A stretch of 18,009 bases of DNA from Desulfurella sp. Its GTDB lineage: Bacteria > Campylobacterota_A > Desulfurellia > Desulfurellales > Desulfurellaceae. Position 1 is the stretch's first letter, and each line of letters begins with the position of its first letter. The DNA is taken from positions 1 to 18,009 of the forward strand of contig JAVRLY010000015.1 in NCBI GenBank assembly GCA_031960885.1. The letters are read 5' to 3'. The notes beneath the pieces are model-generated. The model was not told the origin of the DNA and ran no database searches. It was given only the letters and a program-made list of their open reading frames with translations. Position numbers and translations under genes: made by a program. Below are positions 16,546 to 18,009 of this stretch, piece by piece.

Positions 16546-18009
16546 TTTTAAGCCTTTGTAATTTATTTTTTGTTTGTTCATAAAGCTCTTTTAATGAAGC
16601 ATCATTTGGATTTTTTGCAATTTCTTTTAGATAGTAGTGCATTTGTTTTTTCAACCTTTCTATTTCGATTGAATTTATTAACATTAAAAAATTAGCGCGT
16701 TTTTTGGATACAGTTTCTTCTTGCGTTAATAAGTATAATTCATAACATAAAGAAGCATTTTGTGAATCGAGGGTTGATATAAATTGTTCAAAACTTAGAT
16801 GTCTATTTTCTAAAAGTTTTACATATATGGTTTTTAGATTTTGCTCAAAATTATTAGAGAATTCTTCCTTATTTTCAATCCAATCCAACAAAAATGGGTC
16901 TTTAATTAAATAAGAAAGTACATAGTGAATTTTAGTGTATATTTTTTTTTCACTAGCTGTTTGTGTTTTTTTAATTTTTTGAGCAATGTTCAAATTTAAA
17001 AGCCGTCTCGATTTTGAGTAATAGAGGCTTTTTAAGACTGAATCATTTATATTGTCTATAGCGTTTTTTATAGTATTAATAGCATTTGCCACTAATATAG
17101 GCTTGGATTGAGAAAGATTAGAGTTTTGCAAGTTGTACTGTTTTAGTATATTTTCTTCTAAAAAATCAAAATAATCTTTAGCTTTTACTAAAAGTTTTTT
17201 ATACTCGTCAATTGAGTATTTCATGACAAAACTATCTGGGTCTTCTTTCTGTGAATCTTGAGTATTTAACTCTACAACATAAGCATCTAACTGACCTAAT
17301 ATTTTTGTATTTTTTAGCATTGCCTTGATGCCAGCTTCATCAGAATCAAAATTAAAATAAATTTTATTAGTAAATCTTTTAATAAGTTTTATATGGTAAT
17401 CGGATAAATTTGTTCCCATCGTTGCACTAACACATTTTAATCCTTCTTGAGTTAGCCTTATGCAATCAAAATAACCTTCACAGATTACAAGGTATTCTTT
17501 TATATGGTGTTTTGCTTTGTCGAATCCATAAAGCAGTTTTTGCTTTGAAAAAAGAGCGGTTTCTTTTGTATTTATATATTTAGCTTTTTGATTATCATTT
17601 AAAGCTCTACCAGCAAAGCCTACAATTTTTCCAAATTCATCTAAAATAGGAAACATTAATCTACCAGCAAAAACATTGTAAGAATTAGACAGAATTCCGC
17701 ACTCGTTTAAAAGTTTTAATGTGTACTTTTTCAGCAAAAAGTCTATTAATGAGTTATCATTGGGGTTGTAACCAAGTTGAAATTCCTCTTTTGTATAATT
17801 ATTTATTTGTCTTTTTTCAAGATAGCCTTGGGCTAATTTTGAATTTTTTAATTGTTTTTGAAAAAAATCACAGGCAAATTTGTTTATGTCAAGTAGTATA
17901 TTTTCTTTTTTTGTCTCTTCATCTTCGCTATCTATATTTAAACCTAATTGTAAACCGAGATTTTTGATCGCTTCTTTAAATTCTAAATTTTCAATTTTCA
18001 TGTAAAAAG
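16538..18009 (-). CDS. dnaG: DNA primase, 5'-truncated by the window edge (zinc-binding domain lies outside the window)
   Basis: GRLMFPI, VGFAGR, AKYINTKET.LFSK, TOPRIM CEGYFD, MGT, FDSDEAG, EDPD. The frame is open to the window end (...FYMKIENLEF), so ATG 18001 is internal. Confidence 0.96.
   Translation of the reverse strand, partial: FYMKIENLEFKEAIKNLGLQLGLNIDSEDEETKKENILLDINKFACDFFQKQLKNSKLAQGYLEKRQINNYTKEEFQLGYNPNDNSLIDFLLKKYTLKLLNECGILSNSYNVFAGRLMFPILDEFGKIVGFAGRALNDNQKAKYINTKETALFSKQKLLYGFDKAKHHIKEYLVICEGYFDCIRLTQEGLKCVSATMGTNLSDYHIKLIKRFTNKIYFNFDSDEAGIKAMLKNTKILGQLDAYVVELNTQDSQKEDPDSFVMKYSIDEYKKLLVKAKDYFDFLEENILKQYNLQNSNLSQSKPILVANAINTIKNAIDNINDSVLKSLYYSKSRRLLNLNIAQKIKKTQTASEKKIYTKIHYVLSYLIKDPFLLDWIENKEEFSNNFEQNLKTIYVKLLENRHLSFEQFISTLDSQNASLCYELYLLTQEETVSKKRANFLMLINSIEIERLKKQMHYYLKEIAKNPNDASLKELYEQTKNKLQRLKSE

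Noticed and set aside
16538..16581. 44-nt dnaG/ogg overlap implied by ATG 16581
   Set aside because: GTG 16545 gives a typical 8-nt overlap with AAAGG upstream, and the OGG_N-like motif begins shortly after it.
15011..17967. Plus-strand ORFs 15011-15193 and 17719-17967
   Set aside because: Antisense to the aldolase/dedA and dnaG genes, short, with no features.
17999..18009. DnaG lacking its zinc-binding domain
   Set aside because: Window-edge artefact: the frame continues past base 18009.
1..18009. CRISPR arrays, tRNA/rRNA genes, transposases, prophage or defence genes
   Set aside because: No repeat-spacer periodicity, no GC-rich structured RNA in the short intergenic gaps, and every long ORF fits a housekeeping, metabolic or transport family.

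Overview
Very AT-rich, gene-dense bacterial chromosomal segment. The gene set (SQR, TauE, futalosine-pathway MqnA, livKHMGF) would fit a sulfur-metabolising Campylobacterota/Desulfurella-like organism, but this is inference only. Left to right: the 5' end of an uncalled minus-strand gene; a TauE/SafE sulfur-compound exporter divergent from an Acidianus-like (type V) sulfide:quinone oxidoreductase; an amidase-EamA pair; a minus-strand livK-livH-livM-livG-livF-MBL hydrolase-ilvE cluster; a Na+/Ca2+ antiporter-family gene; and a tightly overlapped dnaG(partial)-ogg-dedA-class II aldolase-mqnA-MFS operon. I saw no mobile element, CRISPR array or RNA gene, and no unmistakable novel system. The most notable signals are a probable ACG start codon for the MBL hydrolase, three genes that look leaderless or near-leaderless, a candidate SD-led 28-aa peptide after sqr, mirrored back-to-back promoters for tauE/sqr, and the aldolase-mqnA and dnaG-ogg couplings.
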